Shown here: in pieces, positions 1 through 9,655 of the stretch | How positions within the stretch are numbered: the stretch's first letter is position 1 | How the letters are laid out: every line of letters begins with the position of its first letter | Source: an uncultured Armatimonadetes bacterium | GTDB taxonomy: Bacteria; Armatimonadota; Hebobacteria; Hebobacterales; Hebobacteraceae | Length of the DNA stretch: 64,000 nucleotides | NCBI GenBank assembly: GCA_963716175.1 | Contig: OY970296.1 | Span: 3,936,001 to 4,000,000 of the forward strand | Direction of reading: 5' to 3' | Notes under the pieces: model-generated | The model's database searches: none | What the model was told of the DNA's origin: nothing | Seen by the model: the letters and a program-made list of their open reading frames with translations, nothing else | Translations under genes and position numbers: made by a program

Positions 1-26
1 GCGCAGCCTGATGGAGAGCAGAGCTA

Positions 27-305
27 GTGAGCGGCAAGTCGAAGCGAGCGGATAAGGCCGAGGCATCGGGGCCCAGCTTCGAGCAGGCGCTGGCCCGCCT
101 GGAGGAGATCGCGCACCAGCTGGAGGGCGGCGATCTGCCCCTGGAGGAAGCGATCGCTCTGGCCGAGGAAGGCATCAAGCTGTCTCAGCTCTGCGAGCAG
201 CAGCTGACCGCCGCGGAGGGCAAGATTCAGCAACTGGTGGAGCGCATGGGCCGAGTGGAACTGGCGCCCCTGGAGACAGAGGGGGCGGAGGAAGAAGAGG
301 GATAG
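27..305 (+). CDS. xseB: Exodeoxyribonuclease VII small subunit
   Basis: SFEQALARLEEIAHQLEGGDLPLEEAIAL..EGIKLSQLCEQQL..AEGKI signature; lies just upstream of dxs. Confidence 0.93.
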   Translation: MSGKSKRADKAEASGPSFEQALARLEEIAHQLEGGDLPLEEAIALAEEGIKLSQLCEQQLTAAEGKIQQLVERMGRVELAPLETEGAEEEEG

Positions 306-312
306 GCCACCG

Positions 313-2199
313 GTGGGCGGACTGCTAGATCAGATTGGCGGGCCCTCTGACCTGCACCAGTTGGGGCGGGAGCAGCTTGCACCCCTGGCCCAGGAGATCC
401 GGGAGCGCATGATCGCCACCGTCTCCCGGACTGGCGGGCACCTGGCGGCCAGCCTGGGCGCGGTGGAGCTGGCGATCGCGCTGCACTACGTGTTCGAGAG
501 CCCCAGGGACAAGATCATCTGGGATGTGGGCCATCAGGCCTACGCCCACAAGCTGCTGACTGGGCGAAGGGATCGCTTCGACACCCTGCGGCAGGCCGGC
601 GGCATCTCGGGCTTTCCCCGGCGGCGGGAGAGCGACCACGATGCTTTCGACACCGGGCATGGCAGCACCGCCATCGCCGCGGGTCTGGGGATGGCCAAAG
701 CGCGCGATCTGGTGGGAGAGAGCCACGCGGTGGTAGCGGTGGTGGGCGATGGCGCCATGTCGGGTGGGATGTCGTTCGAGGGACTCAACTACGCCGGCCA
801 CTTGGGGACGCCGCTGATCGTGATCCTCAACGACAACCAGATGTCCATCTCCCGCAATGTCGGCGCGCTGGCTGGCTACCTGAGCAAAGTGAGGCTGGAC
901 CCCTACTACCTGCGGGCGAAGTCGGACTTCGAGGTGATGGTGTCCCGGCTGCCCCTGGGTGAGAGCCTGATTGACGCGGTGGAGCGGTTCAAGGGCGGGA
1001 TCAAGCAGCTGCTGCTGCCAGGCATGCTCTTCGAGGAGCTTGGCTTCACCTATCTGGGCCCCATTGACGGACACAACCTCTCCGCCCTGATCGAGACCAT
1101 CAAGCAAGCGCGCTCTCTCTCCTGCCCGGTGCTGATCCACATTCTCACTCAGAAGGGCCGGGGCTACGTGCATGCCGAGAATGATGCCACCAAGTGGCAC
1201 CGCACCGGGGCCTTCGACATAGACACTGGTGAGCCGCTGAGCGTGTCGAGCGGCCTGTCTTTCACTCGGGTGTTCGGCCGCACTATGGTGCAGCTCGCCG
1301 AGCGGGACCGCCGTATCGTCGCCATCACCGCGGCGATGAAAGAAGGCACCGGGCTGCAGGAGTTCGCCGAGCGCTTCCCGCAGCGGTTCTTCGATGTGGG
1401 CATGACGGAGCAGACGGCGGTGACCTTCGCCGCCGGGTTGGCGGCGCAAGGCCTGCGCCCGGTGGCCGCCATCTACTCCACTTTCCTGCAGCGCTCCTAT
1501 GACCAGATCGTGCACGATGTGGCTCTGCCTCACCTGCCGGTGGTGCTGGCGCTGGACCGGGCCGGGCTGGTGGGCGAAGACGGCCCCACTCACCACGGAG
1601 CCTTCGACCTGTCTTATCTGCGCCACATTCCGGGGATGGCGGTGATGGCGCCCAAGGACCTGCATGAGCTGGCGGCGATGCTCGCCACCGCCATCGCGCT
1701 CGACCAGCCGGCGGCGATCCGCTACCCCAGAGGGGAGGGTGCGAACCCACCGCACCAGATCCCGGATGCGCTCCCCCTGGGGAAGGGCGAGACGCTGCGA
1801 GCGGGAGACGCGGTGGCCGTGATCGCGATAGGTGCCATGGTGGGCGCGGCGGTGAGCGCGGCCGAACTGCTGGCCGAGGAAGGCATCGAGGCGGCGGTGG
1901 CCAACGCGCGCTTTGTGAAGCCGCTGGACCAGGAGCTGATCTGTGAGCTGGCGCGCGGGTGTGGGCTGGTGGTGACGGTGGAGGAGAACTGCGCGGCCGG
2001 GGGATTCGGGAGCGCGGTGGGCGAACTGCTCTACCAGCAGGATGTGCGCGTGCCCCTGCTCTGCCTGGGTCTTCCCGATGAGTTCGTCGAGCACGGGAGC
2101 CGGGAAGTGCTGCTCGCCAGCGTAGGCCTGGATCCGAGGAGCATCGCGGACAGAATCGCGGCCTTCGTGAAGCGCGGAGCGCGGACTCTCAGGTCGTAG
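313..2199 (+). CDS. dxs: 1-deoxy-D-xylulose-5-phosphate synthase
   Basis: GGHLAASLGAVEL, WDVGHQAYAHK, GDGA..GGM.FEGLN, YSTFLQRSYDQ, DRAGLVGEDGPTHHG motifs; 628 aa. Confidence 0.97.
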   Translation: MGGLLDQIGGPSDLHQLGREQLAPLAQEIRERMIATVSRTGGHLAASLGAVELAIALHYVFESPRDKIIWDVGHQAYAHKLLTGRRDRFDTLRQAGGISGFPRRRESDHDAFDTGHGSTAIAAGLGMAKARDLVGESHAVVAVVGDGAMSGGMSFEGLNYAGHLGTPLIVILNDNQMSISRNVGALAGYLSKVRLDPYYLRAKSDFEVMVSRLPLGESLIDAVERFKGGIKQLLLPGMLFEELGFTYLGPIDGHNLSALIETIKQARSLSCPVLIHILTQKGRGYVHAENDATKWHRTGAFDIDTGEPLSVSSGLSFTRVFGRTMVQLAERDRRIVAITAAMKEGTGLQEFAERFPQRFFDVGMTEQTAVTFAAGLAAQGLRPVAAIYSTFLQRSYDQIVHDVALPHLPVVLALDRAGLVGEDGPTHHGAFDLSYLRHIPGMAVMAPKDLHELAAMLATAIALDQPAAIRYPRGEGANPPHQIPDALPLGKGETLRAGDAVAVIAIGAMVGAAVSAAELLAEEGIEAAVANARFVKPLDQELICELARGCGLVVTVEENCAAGGFGSAVGELLYQQDVRVPLLCLGLPDEFVEHGSREVLLASVGLDPRSIADRIAAFVKRGARTLRS

Positions 2200-2219
2200 C
2201 GCGGCCCGAGGCGTAACAG

Positions 2220-2234
2220 GTAGGGCAGGTCCCC
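2220..2234 (+). repeat. Partial GTAG-type REP-like sequence
   Basis: GTAGGGCAGGTCC matches the 5' half of the 24-mer at 45355 and 33035. Confidence 0.4.
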
Positions 2235-2282
2235 CTAGGCCGCTTGCAGCGGGCGCGAGCACGCCTGCCGACAGCAGACCCC

Positions 2283-3395
2283 ATGAGGCGGATCACTCGC
2301 ATCTGGATCGTGCTTCTGGCGCTGCTCTTGGTGGCCCTGGCGCGCCGCCCGGCCTCTCCGCCCCAGCGCGAGCCGGAGCCGCCGCGGGTGCTCCCCAGCA
2401 TTCTGCTAACAGGGGACCTCCTGCTGGCCGATCGGGTCGGTCGGATGATCGAGCGCGAGGGTCCCCGGGCGCCACTAGCCGCCGTCCGCGAGACGCTGGC
2501 CGGCGCCGCGCTGACCATCGGTAACCTGGAATGCCCGCTCGCCACCACTGGCGAGCCGGCAAGCAAAGAATACGCCTTCCGGGGGCGGCCGGAGGCGGCC
2601 GACGCACTCCGCGAGGCCGGCTACGATATGATCGCATTGGCGAACAACCACACCATGGACTACGGCCCTGGGGCGCTGCTGGAGACGCTCGCGGCCCTGC
2701 GGGAACGCGGCCTGCATCCCATCGGGGCGGGGCGAGACGCGGAGGAGGCGCGGCGCTTCGCCGTGGTCGAGCTCGGATCGCCACCCATGAAGGTCGCCGT
2801 GCTCGCGTTCTCGAACATGCTGCCGACCAGCTTCTACGCTGGCCCGGGCCGGCCGGGAACCAACCCGGCACGCGGGGAGGCTATCCGCGCGCAGGTGGCT
2901 GCCGCCCGCGGTCAGGCCGAGCTGGTGATCGTGCTCTTCCACTGGGGAGATGAGCTATCTCCCGAGCCCTCCGCTAGCCAGCGCTATCTGGCTGGGCTAG
3001 CGGTAGCAGCGGGAGCGGATCTGGTGGTGGGCCATCATCCTCATGTGCTGCAGGGGTTGGAGCGGCGGGGGCAGGCACTGATCGCCTACAGCCTGGGCAA
3101 CTTCCTCTTCCCCAGCCGCGGCTCGGCGCGCCACACCATCATGCTGCGCTACTCGCCAGGGCGGGACGGCTCGGCGCGCGCGGAAGTGATCCCCTGCGTG
3201 ATCGAGGGATTCCGGCCGCGCCTGGCATCAGGGGAGGAGCGGGAGCAGATACTGGCCGAGCTGGGGGCCCGGTCGGAGCCGATGGGAACCAAGATCGGGC
3301 GCGACGGCAGCATTGACCTTTCCTCGGGGCCGACGATAGGCGACAAGGGGGAGAGGCGCCCAGACTTGGTTGACAAGGCCGGCCGGCCCCCGTAG
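2283..3395 (+). CDS. CapA/PGA_cap family metallophosphoesterase with N-terminal membrane anchor
   Basis: GD, GNLECP, LANNHTMDYG, FHWG, GHHPHVLQ, YSLGNF motifs; ATG at 2283 precedes a hydrophobic segment. Confidence 0.9.
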   Translation: MRRITRIWIVLLALLLVALARRPASPPQREPEPPRVLPSILLTGDLLLADRVGRMIEREGPRAPLAAVRETLAGAALTIGNLECPLATTGEPASKEYAFRGRPEAADALREAGYDMIALANNHTMDYGPGALLETLAALRERGLHPIGAGRDAEEARRFAVVELGSPPMKVAVLAFSNMLPTSFYAGPGRPGTNPARGEAIRAQVAAARGQAELVIVLFHWGDELSPEPSASQRYLAGLAVAAGADLVVGHHPHVLQGLERRGQALIAYSLGNFLFPSRGSARHTIMLRYSPGRDGSARAEVIPCVIEGFRPRLASGEEREQILAELGARSEPMGTKIGRDGSIDLSSGPTIGDKGERRPDLVDKAGRPP

Positions 3396-3398
3396 AAT
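3370..3398 (+). promoter_or_regulatory. Sigma70-type promoter for the FHA-MraY-like operon
   Basis: TTGACA-17 bp-TAGAAT ending 18 bp upstream of ATG 3417. Confidence 0.75.
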
Positions 3399-3416
3399 CT
3401 AGCCGGGGGATAGGGA

Positions 3417-3875
3417 ATGCCTCGCTGCCCGCGCTGCGACCAAGATACGGATGAAGAGAGCCGCTTCTGCAAGCACTGCGGCTACCCCACGCATGCTGCC
3501 ACCCAGGCCCTCGACGCGGATGACGACACCCTGATTTTGCGTCTCTTCGACGAGAGGCCAGAGGAAGCGCTAGCCAGGCGGGCGAGGATCTGGCTAATAG
3601 CTCAGGATGGCGAGCACGTGGCGCACACTTCCGAACTGCGGGATCAGGTCACGGTCATCGGCCGCCAGCCCGACTGCGCCATCTCGCTGCCGAGCAGCAC
3701 GGTGTCGCGGCGTCACGCCCAGATCCGCCAGGAGGGGAGCCGGTTCTTCCTGAGTGATCTGAGCAGCACCAATGGCACGCTGCTGAACCGAGAGCCGGTG
3801 ATCGGAGAAGAGCTGCTCCACGACCGGGACGAGATCGGGATCGGCATCTACCGGCTGATCTTCCGTTATTCTTAG
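3417..3875 (+). CDS. Zinc-ribbon plus FHA domain protein
   Basis: CPRC..FCKHCG ribbon; IGR, VSRRHA and DLSSTNGT FHA motifs. Confidence 0.9.
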   Translation: MPRCPRCDQDTDEESRFCKHCGYPTHAATQALDADDDTLILRLFDERPEEALARRARIWLIAQDGEHVAHTSELRDQVTVIGRQPDCAISLPSSTVSRRHAQIRQEGSRFFLSDLSSTNGTLLNREPVIGEELLHDRDEIGIGIYRLIFRYS

Positions 3876-3893
3876 CCCACCAAAGAAGCCGCC

Positions 3894-6026
3894 ATGGGCC
3901 AGTTGCTGGTCGTATTCTGCGTCGCCCTCGCGCTCGGGATCGCACTCTCCCGGACCTTTCGCCGCAGCCTGTTCTGGCTGACCTCAAGGGAGCGAAAGGT
4001 CGGCAAGGAGAGAATCCATCGCCTTTTCCCAAAGCCCCACCGGCCGCTGGGCGGCGGCCTGGCGATCATGCTGTCCGCCAGTATCGCCCTGCTGGTCGTG
4101 CCCCGCTTCTGGCATAACGCCCCGGGAACAACCGCGCTCTGGACGCTGGCGCTGGCCTGGGCCTTCGCCCTGATCGGGCTGGCGGATGACCTGAAGAAGA
4201 CCGCGGGCCGCGGTATGCATGAGCGACCCAAGTTCGCGCTGCAGGCGGCTGCGGCCTTGGCCTTTGGTGTGGCGCTATGGCGGTGGGGCGGCCCGCCCCC
4301 GGTGAACGTGCCCTTCGCGGCGCGCCCGGTCGAGTTTGGCCTGCTCTATGGCCCGTTTGTGGCGGTGGTGATCCTGGCGACCGCGAACGCGGTCAACCTC
4401 TCCGACGGAGTTGACGGGCTGGCCGGGGGCGCGGCGATGATCGCCCTGCTGGGGTTGGCGGGGGTGGGGCTGCTCGATCCCCAGCATGCCGTGGGATGGG
4501 TGTGCTGGCCCTTGATCGGGGCCATCGCTGGGTTCCTGGTCTACAACCTTCCGCCTGCTCGCCTCTTGATGGGGGACACCGGGGCGCTGGGCATAGGCGC
4601 GGCACTGGCGGCGCTGGGCATCTTCGCCGGCGTCGAGTTCTGGCTCTTGCTGCTGGCGGCCCCCTTCGTGGTGAACGCGGCCTCCGTGCTGGTGCAGATG
4701 GGCACAGTGCGCGGGCTGTGGCGGCTGGTGCGGCCGCTTCGCCACCGGAGCACGGAGACCGGACGGCCTTTCCTCTGCACCCCCCTGCACCACCACTTCC
4801 AGTGGCTGGGCTGGAATGACTGGCGGGTGCTGGCGCTGTTCTGGGGCCTGGGTGCGGTGATGTCGGCGTGGGCACTGCTCTCCCTCTGGTCCGGTCTGCT
4901 CTGGCTGATCGGGCTGCTCGGGCTGGCCGCTTTCCTGGTGGCGGCTGGGTTGCAGAAGCAGGTGCGGGCGAACTACTTCCTGGGATTGCTGCCCAGGCCT
5001 GCCGAGTCGTCGCTGCTGGTGCTCTATCGCGGCCTGCCGGTATCGGTGCTGGGCTGGCCGCTGTACCGGGTGCACTACGAGACCTCTATCACCGAGCAGA
5101 TGCTGGGCGGCGCTACCGCGGAGAGCATGCTCTGGCGGCCCATCACCGAAGTGGAGGCGCATGTGGTGCTGGGCAAAATCTACGCCGACCAGAAACTGCT
5201 CGAGCAGGCCCTGGCGGAGTGGGAGCAAGTGCCTACTCGCAATCTCCTGATCCGACCCAGTGTGATGCTGCGGCTGGCGCGAATCTACTACGGGCGGGAC
5301 CGGCTGCTGGAGGCGATCAAGCTCTGGGAGCAACTGCCACCCTCTCGCCTGGAGGAGATGCCGAACGTGCGGGAGGTGGTGCGAAGCGCGAAGCTCAGGC
5401 TGGCGGACCTGGCGAGCAAGGCCCACCGCCAGAGCATGCGGGCGACGGCCGCGGCGGGGCGCACGGGGGAAGACCCGGGGCGAATGGAGGGCTATCTGCT
5501 GGCCGCCCGCCGGCTCAACCAGGACCTGCTCTCTCTGCTGCTGTACGAGCGGGATAAGCTGAGAGGGCAGGCCGCCGACCCGCAGGCGGCGCGGGCCCGG
5601 CGGGAGCTGCTGCGGCGGACCCGCAACGCGGTATTAGCGCGAATGCGCGAGCTGGACGAATCCCTGGGAGAGCTGGCGCGGACCGTGCCCATGCCGCGCG
5701 CCGGAGCAACTGGCGCCGCCGGCCGACCCGGCCGAGCGGGCGGCCCAGGAGCTTCATCTCCCCCTGGAGGAGCTGACGCGGCTGATTGCGCCGGCAGGCC
5801 GGGGAGAGCCCGAGATCACCGGCGCCGCGGTGCACCCCAAGGCCTCTCGCAACAGCATCTTCCGCCTCCAGGTGAACTGGTCGGGGGCCGGGCCCGCGAG
5901 CGTGATCGCGAAGCGCTATGCTGCGGACCGCATCGCCTTCTTCTCCGCCTGCTACGGGCGGGAGAGAGGGGTGCTGGAGCTGCTCCACAGCTACGGAGGC
6001 GCGGTGCCCCAGGTCTACAGCGGTGA
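3894..6026 (+). CDS. MraY-like polyprenyl-phosphate transferase fused to TPR-like repeats (5' part of a frameshifted gene; genuine frame ends near 5695)
   Basis: GLADD, NAVNLSDGVDGL, MGDTGAL, PLHHHF motifs and many TM segments; TPR-like EAHVVLGKIY and LRLARIYY..LLEAIKLWEQ; low-complexity tail after about 5700. Confidence 0.85.
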   Translation: MGQLLVVFCVALALGIALSRTFRRSLFWLTSRERKVGKERIHRLFPKPHRPLGGGLAIMLSASIALLVVPRFWHNAPGTTALWTLALAWAFALIGLADDLKKTAGRGMHERPKFALQAAAALAFGVALWRWGGPPPVNVPFAARPVEFGLLYGPFVAVVILATANAVNLSDGVDGLAGGAAMIALLGLAGVGLLDPQHAVGWVCWPLIGAIAGFLVYNLPPARLLMGDTGALGIGAALAALGIFAGVEFWLLLLAAPFVVNAASVLVQMGTVRGLWRLVRPLRHRSTETGRPFLCTPLHHHFQWLGWNDWRVLALFWGLGAVMSAWALLSLWSGLLWLIGLLGLAAFLVAAGLQKQVRANYFLGLLPRPAESSLLVLYRGLPVSVLGWPLYRVHYETSITEQMLGGATAESMLWRPITEVEAHVVLGKIYADQKLLEQALAEWEQVPTRNLLIRPSVMLRLARIYYGRDRLLEAIKLWEQLPPSRLEEMPNVREVVRSAKLRLADLASKAHRQSMRATAAAGRTGEDPGRMEGYLLAARRLNQDLLSLLLYERDKLRGQAADPQAARARRELLRRTRNAVLARMRELDESLGELARTVPMPRAGATGAAGRPGRAGGPGASSPPGGADAADCAGRPGRARDHRRRGAPQGLSQQHLPPPGELVGGRARERDREALCCGPHRLLLRLLRAGERGAGAAPQLRRRGAPGLQR

Positions 6027-6840
6027 GCTGATGGCGGACCAGGCGATCCTGGTGATGCAGGACCTGGGAGACGAGACCCTGGCGGAACGGCTGGAGGTCT
6101 CCGAGGCGCCGGCGAAAGAGCAGTGGCTATACTCGGCAGTGATGGCGCTGGTGAACCTTCACGCCACCGCTCGCGCCCACCTGCGAGAGATCACCGCAGA
6201 GATTCAGAAGATTGACAAAGAGATGCTCGGCGGTGACTACTACTTCAACGCCCTGCACATCGCGCTGGACCGCATCGCCGCGCTGGGCGATAACGCGATC
6301 TCCGACTCGGAGTGGGACCGGATCGCGGAACAGGCTCGGCCCCTGGTTGATTTTCTATGTGACCGCCCGGCGGGATTCGTCCACTTCGAGTTCACCCCTC
6401 ACCACCTGCTGGTTACCGATGCTGGCCTGCGCATCTTCGATTTCGAGCAGGCTACGATCGGCCCGGCCGAGTTCGATCTGGCGGCCCTCCTCGCCCAACC
6501 CGAGAGCGATGTAGGGGCCGAGGGCTGGGAGAGTCTGGTTCGGCACTACGGTGCGGCGGCAGCGGAGGCCGGGCTGCCCGGGAGTGGGCCCGACCAGGCG
6601 CCGCGCGCGGTGGCCTATGCCGCCGCGTTCAAGTGCCTGGTCTACGCCGGCGCCGCGGCCAACTTCCTGGACAAGTTCGGAGGAGAGCATCATCTCCAGC
6701 GGTTCCACTACTACCTCCAGCGATGCCAGGCGATCATGAGCCGCTGGCCGCCTCTGCGACCGCTCGGGCGGTTGCTGGCCCCGCGGCTGCGGGCGGCGCG
6801 AGGCGCCACGCCGCGGTTGCGCACGGGTCGGCCCGCGTGA
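5830..6840 (+). CDS. APH/AmgK-like phosphotransferase domain (probable 3' part of the 3894 gene; frame looks coding from about 5701)
   Basis: VIAKRY, LVMQDLGDETL, FVHFEFTPHH, IFDFEQATIGPAEFDLAALL. Confidence 0.8.
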   Translation: MHPKASRNSIFRLQVNWSGAGPASVIAKRYAADRIAFFSACYGRERGVLELLHSYGGAVPQVYSGELMADQAILVMQDLGDETLAERLEVSEAPAKEQWLYSAVMALVNLHATARAHLREITAEIQKIDKEMLGGDYYFNALHIALDRIAALGDNAISDSEWDRIAEQARPLVDFLCDRPAGFVHFEFTPHHLLVTDAGLRIFDFEQATIGPAEFDLAALLAQPESDVGAEGWESLVRHYGAAAAEAGLPGSGPDQAPRAVAYAAAFKCLVYAGAAANFLDKFGGEHHLQRFHYYLQRCQAIMSRWPPLRPLGRLLAPRLRAARGATPRLRTGRPA

Positions 6841-6902
6841 CGTGGGCCTCGCCACTGGCATGTTCATCCGGCACGAACCAAAAGGCCCGCGCCGGGGCTG
6901 CG

Positions 6903-6932
6903 TTGACGTCAGCTTGGCCGGACGGCTATAAT
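6903..6932 (+). promoter_or_regulatory. Sigma70-type promoter
   Basis: TTGACG-18 bp-TATAAT upstream of a GGGAGG RBS and GTG 6972. Confidence 0.7.
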
Positions 6933-6971
6933 GGCGGGAGTGGGGAGAACACGGGGAGGGAGGGTCGCTGA

Positions 6972-8288
6972 GTGCGCGGGTTCTACGGGATCCTGCTGAT
7001 CATCGCGCTGGTTGCAGTCAGCGGCCTGATCGCCTATGTGGGCGACATTCTGGGGCGGCGCATGGGCCGCAAACGCCTCAGCCTGTTCGGGATGCGGCCC
7101 CGCCACACCGCCATCGCCATCTCGGTGGTGGCCGGGATGCTGATCACCCTGTTCACACTCACGGTGGCGATGCTGCTCTCCCGGGACGTGAAAGACGGCT
7201 TCCTGCGGGTCGAGTACATGCGGCGGCGGCAGGTCGAGCTGTCGCTCCAGCTCGATGTCTTGAACCGCCGCATAGCTGATCTCGACCGCGCAGGAAAGGC
7301 CGCCGAGGGCCAGCTGGTCGCGCGCAAGGCCGAGCTGGAGAGCGCCAAGCGGCAGCGAGACCAGACCTGGGCAGAGCTTCAGCAGTGGAAGCGGGAGCTG
7401 GCGAAGACCAAGAGTGATCTGGCCAAGGCCAAGGCCGACCTGGCCGAGGCGCTGCGGACAGAGAAGACCATGCACGGTGTGATCACCCGGCTGTCGAAGA
7501 CCCAGTTCGGTCTGCAGAGCCAGATTGACCTGCTGAGGACCACGGCCGCACGCGCCGCGCGGGAGTATGCGCTGGAGCGCGCGGTGCCCATCCTGTTCGG
7601 CGCGGGGCAGCCGCTGGACGTGGAGTTGGTCTCGGGCGGACAGCCGGTGGCGGCCGCGCACCGGCAGCTCGATGGCTTCGTGGCTCGCCTCAATAGCAAA
7701 GTGGCCGCGGCCGGCGCGCGTCCCCTGGCTGGCAGCAAAGAGGCGGTGATCATCCACAAGGCAGTGCGGGACCCTAAGTCCGACCAGCTCACGGTGGCCC
7801 GATCCTACCAGGTGCTCGACGCGGTCGCCACCCTCATCCATGAGAGCAGCGGGGATGTGATCGTGCGCGCCTTCTCGGTGTTCAACACCCACGCCGGGGA
7901 GCCGGTGTACGTTGACTTCGAGCTGTTCCGCAATCTGCTGGTCTTTCGTCGCGGACAGACGCTGGCGGAGACGGTGATAGACGGCCGCCTCTCCGAGCCG
8001 GCGCTGATGGGCGCGCTGGTGAGCCTGCTGCGGGACCAGGTGGGCGCCAAGGCCAGGGCCCAGAACGTGATGCCGCACCTGGGCCCGGGCGCCTCCAATC
8101 TGTTCGGGTCCGCCGGCGGAGCGGTGGGAGAGATGACCTACGAGGACCTGTTCCGCGTGATCGAGAGGCTGCGCCGCGCGGATGGGCCGGCCCGGGTGAG
8201 CGCAATCGCAGCCCAGGACACCTGGACCATCGGGCCCCTGAAGGTAGACCTGCGAGTCGAGCCGGTCACGGCTGCGGCCACACCGTGA
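6972..8288 (+). CDS. DUF3084 domain membrane/coiled-coil protein
   Basis: GLIAYVGDILGRRMGRKRLSLFGMRPRHTA N-terminus, two TMs, coiled coil; adjacent to a YqgF-like gene. Confidence 0.85.
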   Translation: MRGFYGILLIIALVAVSGLIAYVGDILGRRMGRKRLSLFGMRPRHTAIAISVVAGMLITLFTLTVAMLLSRDVKDGFLRVEYMRRRQVELSLQLDVLNRRIADLDRAGKAAEGQLVARKAELESAKRQRDQTWAELQQWKRELAKTKSDLAKAKADLAEALRTEKTMHGVITRLSKTQFGLQSQIDLLRTTAARAAREYALERAVPILFGAGQPLDVELVSGGQPVAAAHRQLDGFVARLNSKVAAAGARPLAGSKEAVIIHKAVRDPKSDQLTVARSYQVLDAVATLIHESSGDVIVRAFSVFNTHAGEPVYVDFELFRNLLVFRRGQTLAETVIDGRLSEPALMGALVSLLRDQVGAKARAQNVMPHLGPGASNLFGSAGGAVGEMTYEDLFRVIERLRRADGPARVSAIAAQDTWTIGPLKVDLRVEPVTAAATP

Positions 8289-8737
8289 CCCCGATCCCGC
8301 CCGCCGTGCTCCCGGGAGATGAGGCCAGCGCGCCCGTGCTGGCAGTGGACCCGGGGCGGGACAAGTGCGGGATAGCCGTGGTGGGGCCGGAAGGCAAAGT
8401 GCGCTATCAGGGGATTGTCGCCAGCAGCGCGGTGGCGAAGGCGGCAGCGGGGCTGGCGAGAGAGCACGGGGTGGGCCGCCTGATCGTGGGGGATGGCACC
8501 GGAGCCAGGGAGGTATGCCGGGCGCTGGCCTCGGAGCTGGCGCTGACCCCGGTGCTGGTGGACGAGCACAGATCCAGCGAGCGGGCCAGGCGCAGGTTCT
8601 TCCGGGAGAACCCGCCGCGAGGCTGGCGCCGTTTGATTCCGGTCACGCTTCAGACCCCGAACCGGCCCTACGACGACTATGTGGCGGTGATGCTGGCCGA
8701 ACGCTACCTCGACGTACAGCGGCAGAGCCGCCCCTGA
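8285..8737 (+). CDS. YqgF/RuvX-like RNase H-fold nuclease
   Basis: VLAVDPGRDKCGIA, IVGDGTG, VDEHRSSERA, YDDYVAVMLA. Confidence 0.88.
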   Translation: MTPIPPAVLPGDEASAPVLAVDPGRDKCGIAVVGPEGKVRYQGIVASSAVAKAAAGLAREHGVGRLIVGDGTGAREVCRALASELALTPVLVDEHRSSERARRRFFRENPPRGWRRLIPVTLQTPNRPYDDYVAVMLAERYLDVQRQSRP

Positions 8738-8824
8738 GGGCCGGCAATCGGGCCTGGAACCCGAGGCCAGTAAGCTCCCGGACCCGGCCGACAGACTCCT
8801 CCCCTATTCCGGCGTAACCGGCGA

Positions 8825-9628
8825 TCAGGTGGTCGCCGGCGCCTGTCCCGCGGCCGCGCTCTTAGTAGCCGCCTTCAGAAACGGGGTGAACAGATCAATG
8901 GGGATCGGGAACAGGGTGGTGGAATTGTTCTCCGAGGCCACCTCAGCCAGAGTCTGAAGGAACCGGAGCTGGAGGGCGATGGGCTGAGTGGCGATGATGT
9001 TGCCTGCGTCCGCCAGCCGCTGGGCGGCTTGGAACTCACCCTCGGCGTTGATGATCTTGGCCCGGCGCTCGCGCTCGATCTCGGCCTGGCGGGCCATGGC
9101 TCGCTTCATGCTGTCGGGCAGGATGACATCCCGCACCTCCACCATCGAGACCTTGATCCCCCAGGGCTCGGTGTGCTCGTCAATGATCTCCTGCAGGCGC
9201 TGGTTGACGCGGTCCCGCGCGGCCAGCAGCTCGTCCAGCTCGGATTGGCCGATCACACTGCGCAGGGTGGTCTGGGCCAGCAGATAGGTGGCCTTGTTGA
9301 AGTTGCGCACCTTCACCACCGCGTCGGCGGGCTCGAGCACCCGGTAATAGACCACCGCGTCCACCGTGACCGGCACGTTGTCCCGGGTCATCATCTCTTG
9401 GCGCTGCACGTCAATGGTCTCGATGCGGGTGCTGATGCGCTCCATCCGGTCCACGATGGGGATGAGCAGAATCAGGCCGGGCCCTTTCACCGGGATCAGA
9501 CGGCCCAGGCGGAAGATCACCGCCCGCTCGTACTCCCGCAGAATCCTGATTGCGGCCGCCAGCACGATGATGAAGAACACCACCACCGCGATCACGACCG
9601 CTAGGCCATAGCTTGCTTGGGTTGCCAC
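8825..9628 (-). CDS. SPFH/stomatin (band 7) protein
   Basis: [60 protein letters not shown]. Confidence 0.95.
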   Translation of the reverse strand: MATQASYGLAVVIAVVVFFIIVLAAAIRILREYERAVIFRLGRLIPVKGPGLILLIPIVDRMERISTRIETIDVQRQEMMTRDNVPVTVDAVVYYRVLEPADAVVKVRNFNKATYLLAQTTLRSVIGQSELDELLAARDRVNQRLQEIIDEHTEPWGIKVSMVEVRDVILPDSMKRAMARQAEIERERRAKIINAEGEFQAAQRLADAGNIIATQPIALQLRFLQTLAEVASENNSTTLFPIPIDLFTPFLKAATKSAAAGQAPATT

Positions 9629-9655
9629 CGTTCGCCCCTTTCCGTTCCGACTCGT

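Noticed and set aside
305-313. No ispA between xseB and dxs
   Set aside because: Simple gene-order variation; ispA is probably elsewhere.
325-2262. 645-aa minus-strand ORF
   Set aside because: Antisense shadow of dxs, expected in high-GC DNA; no motifs.
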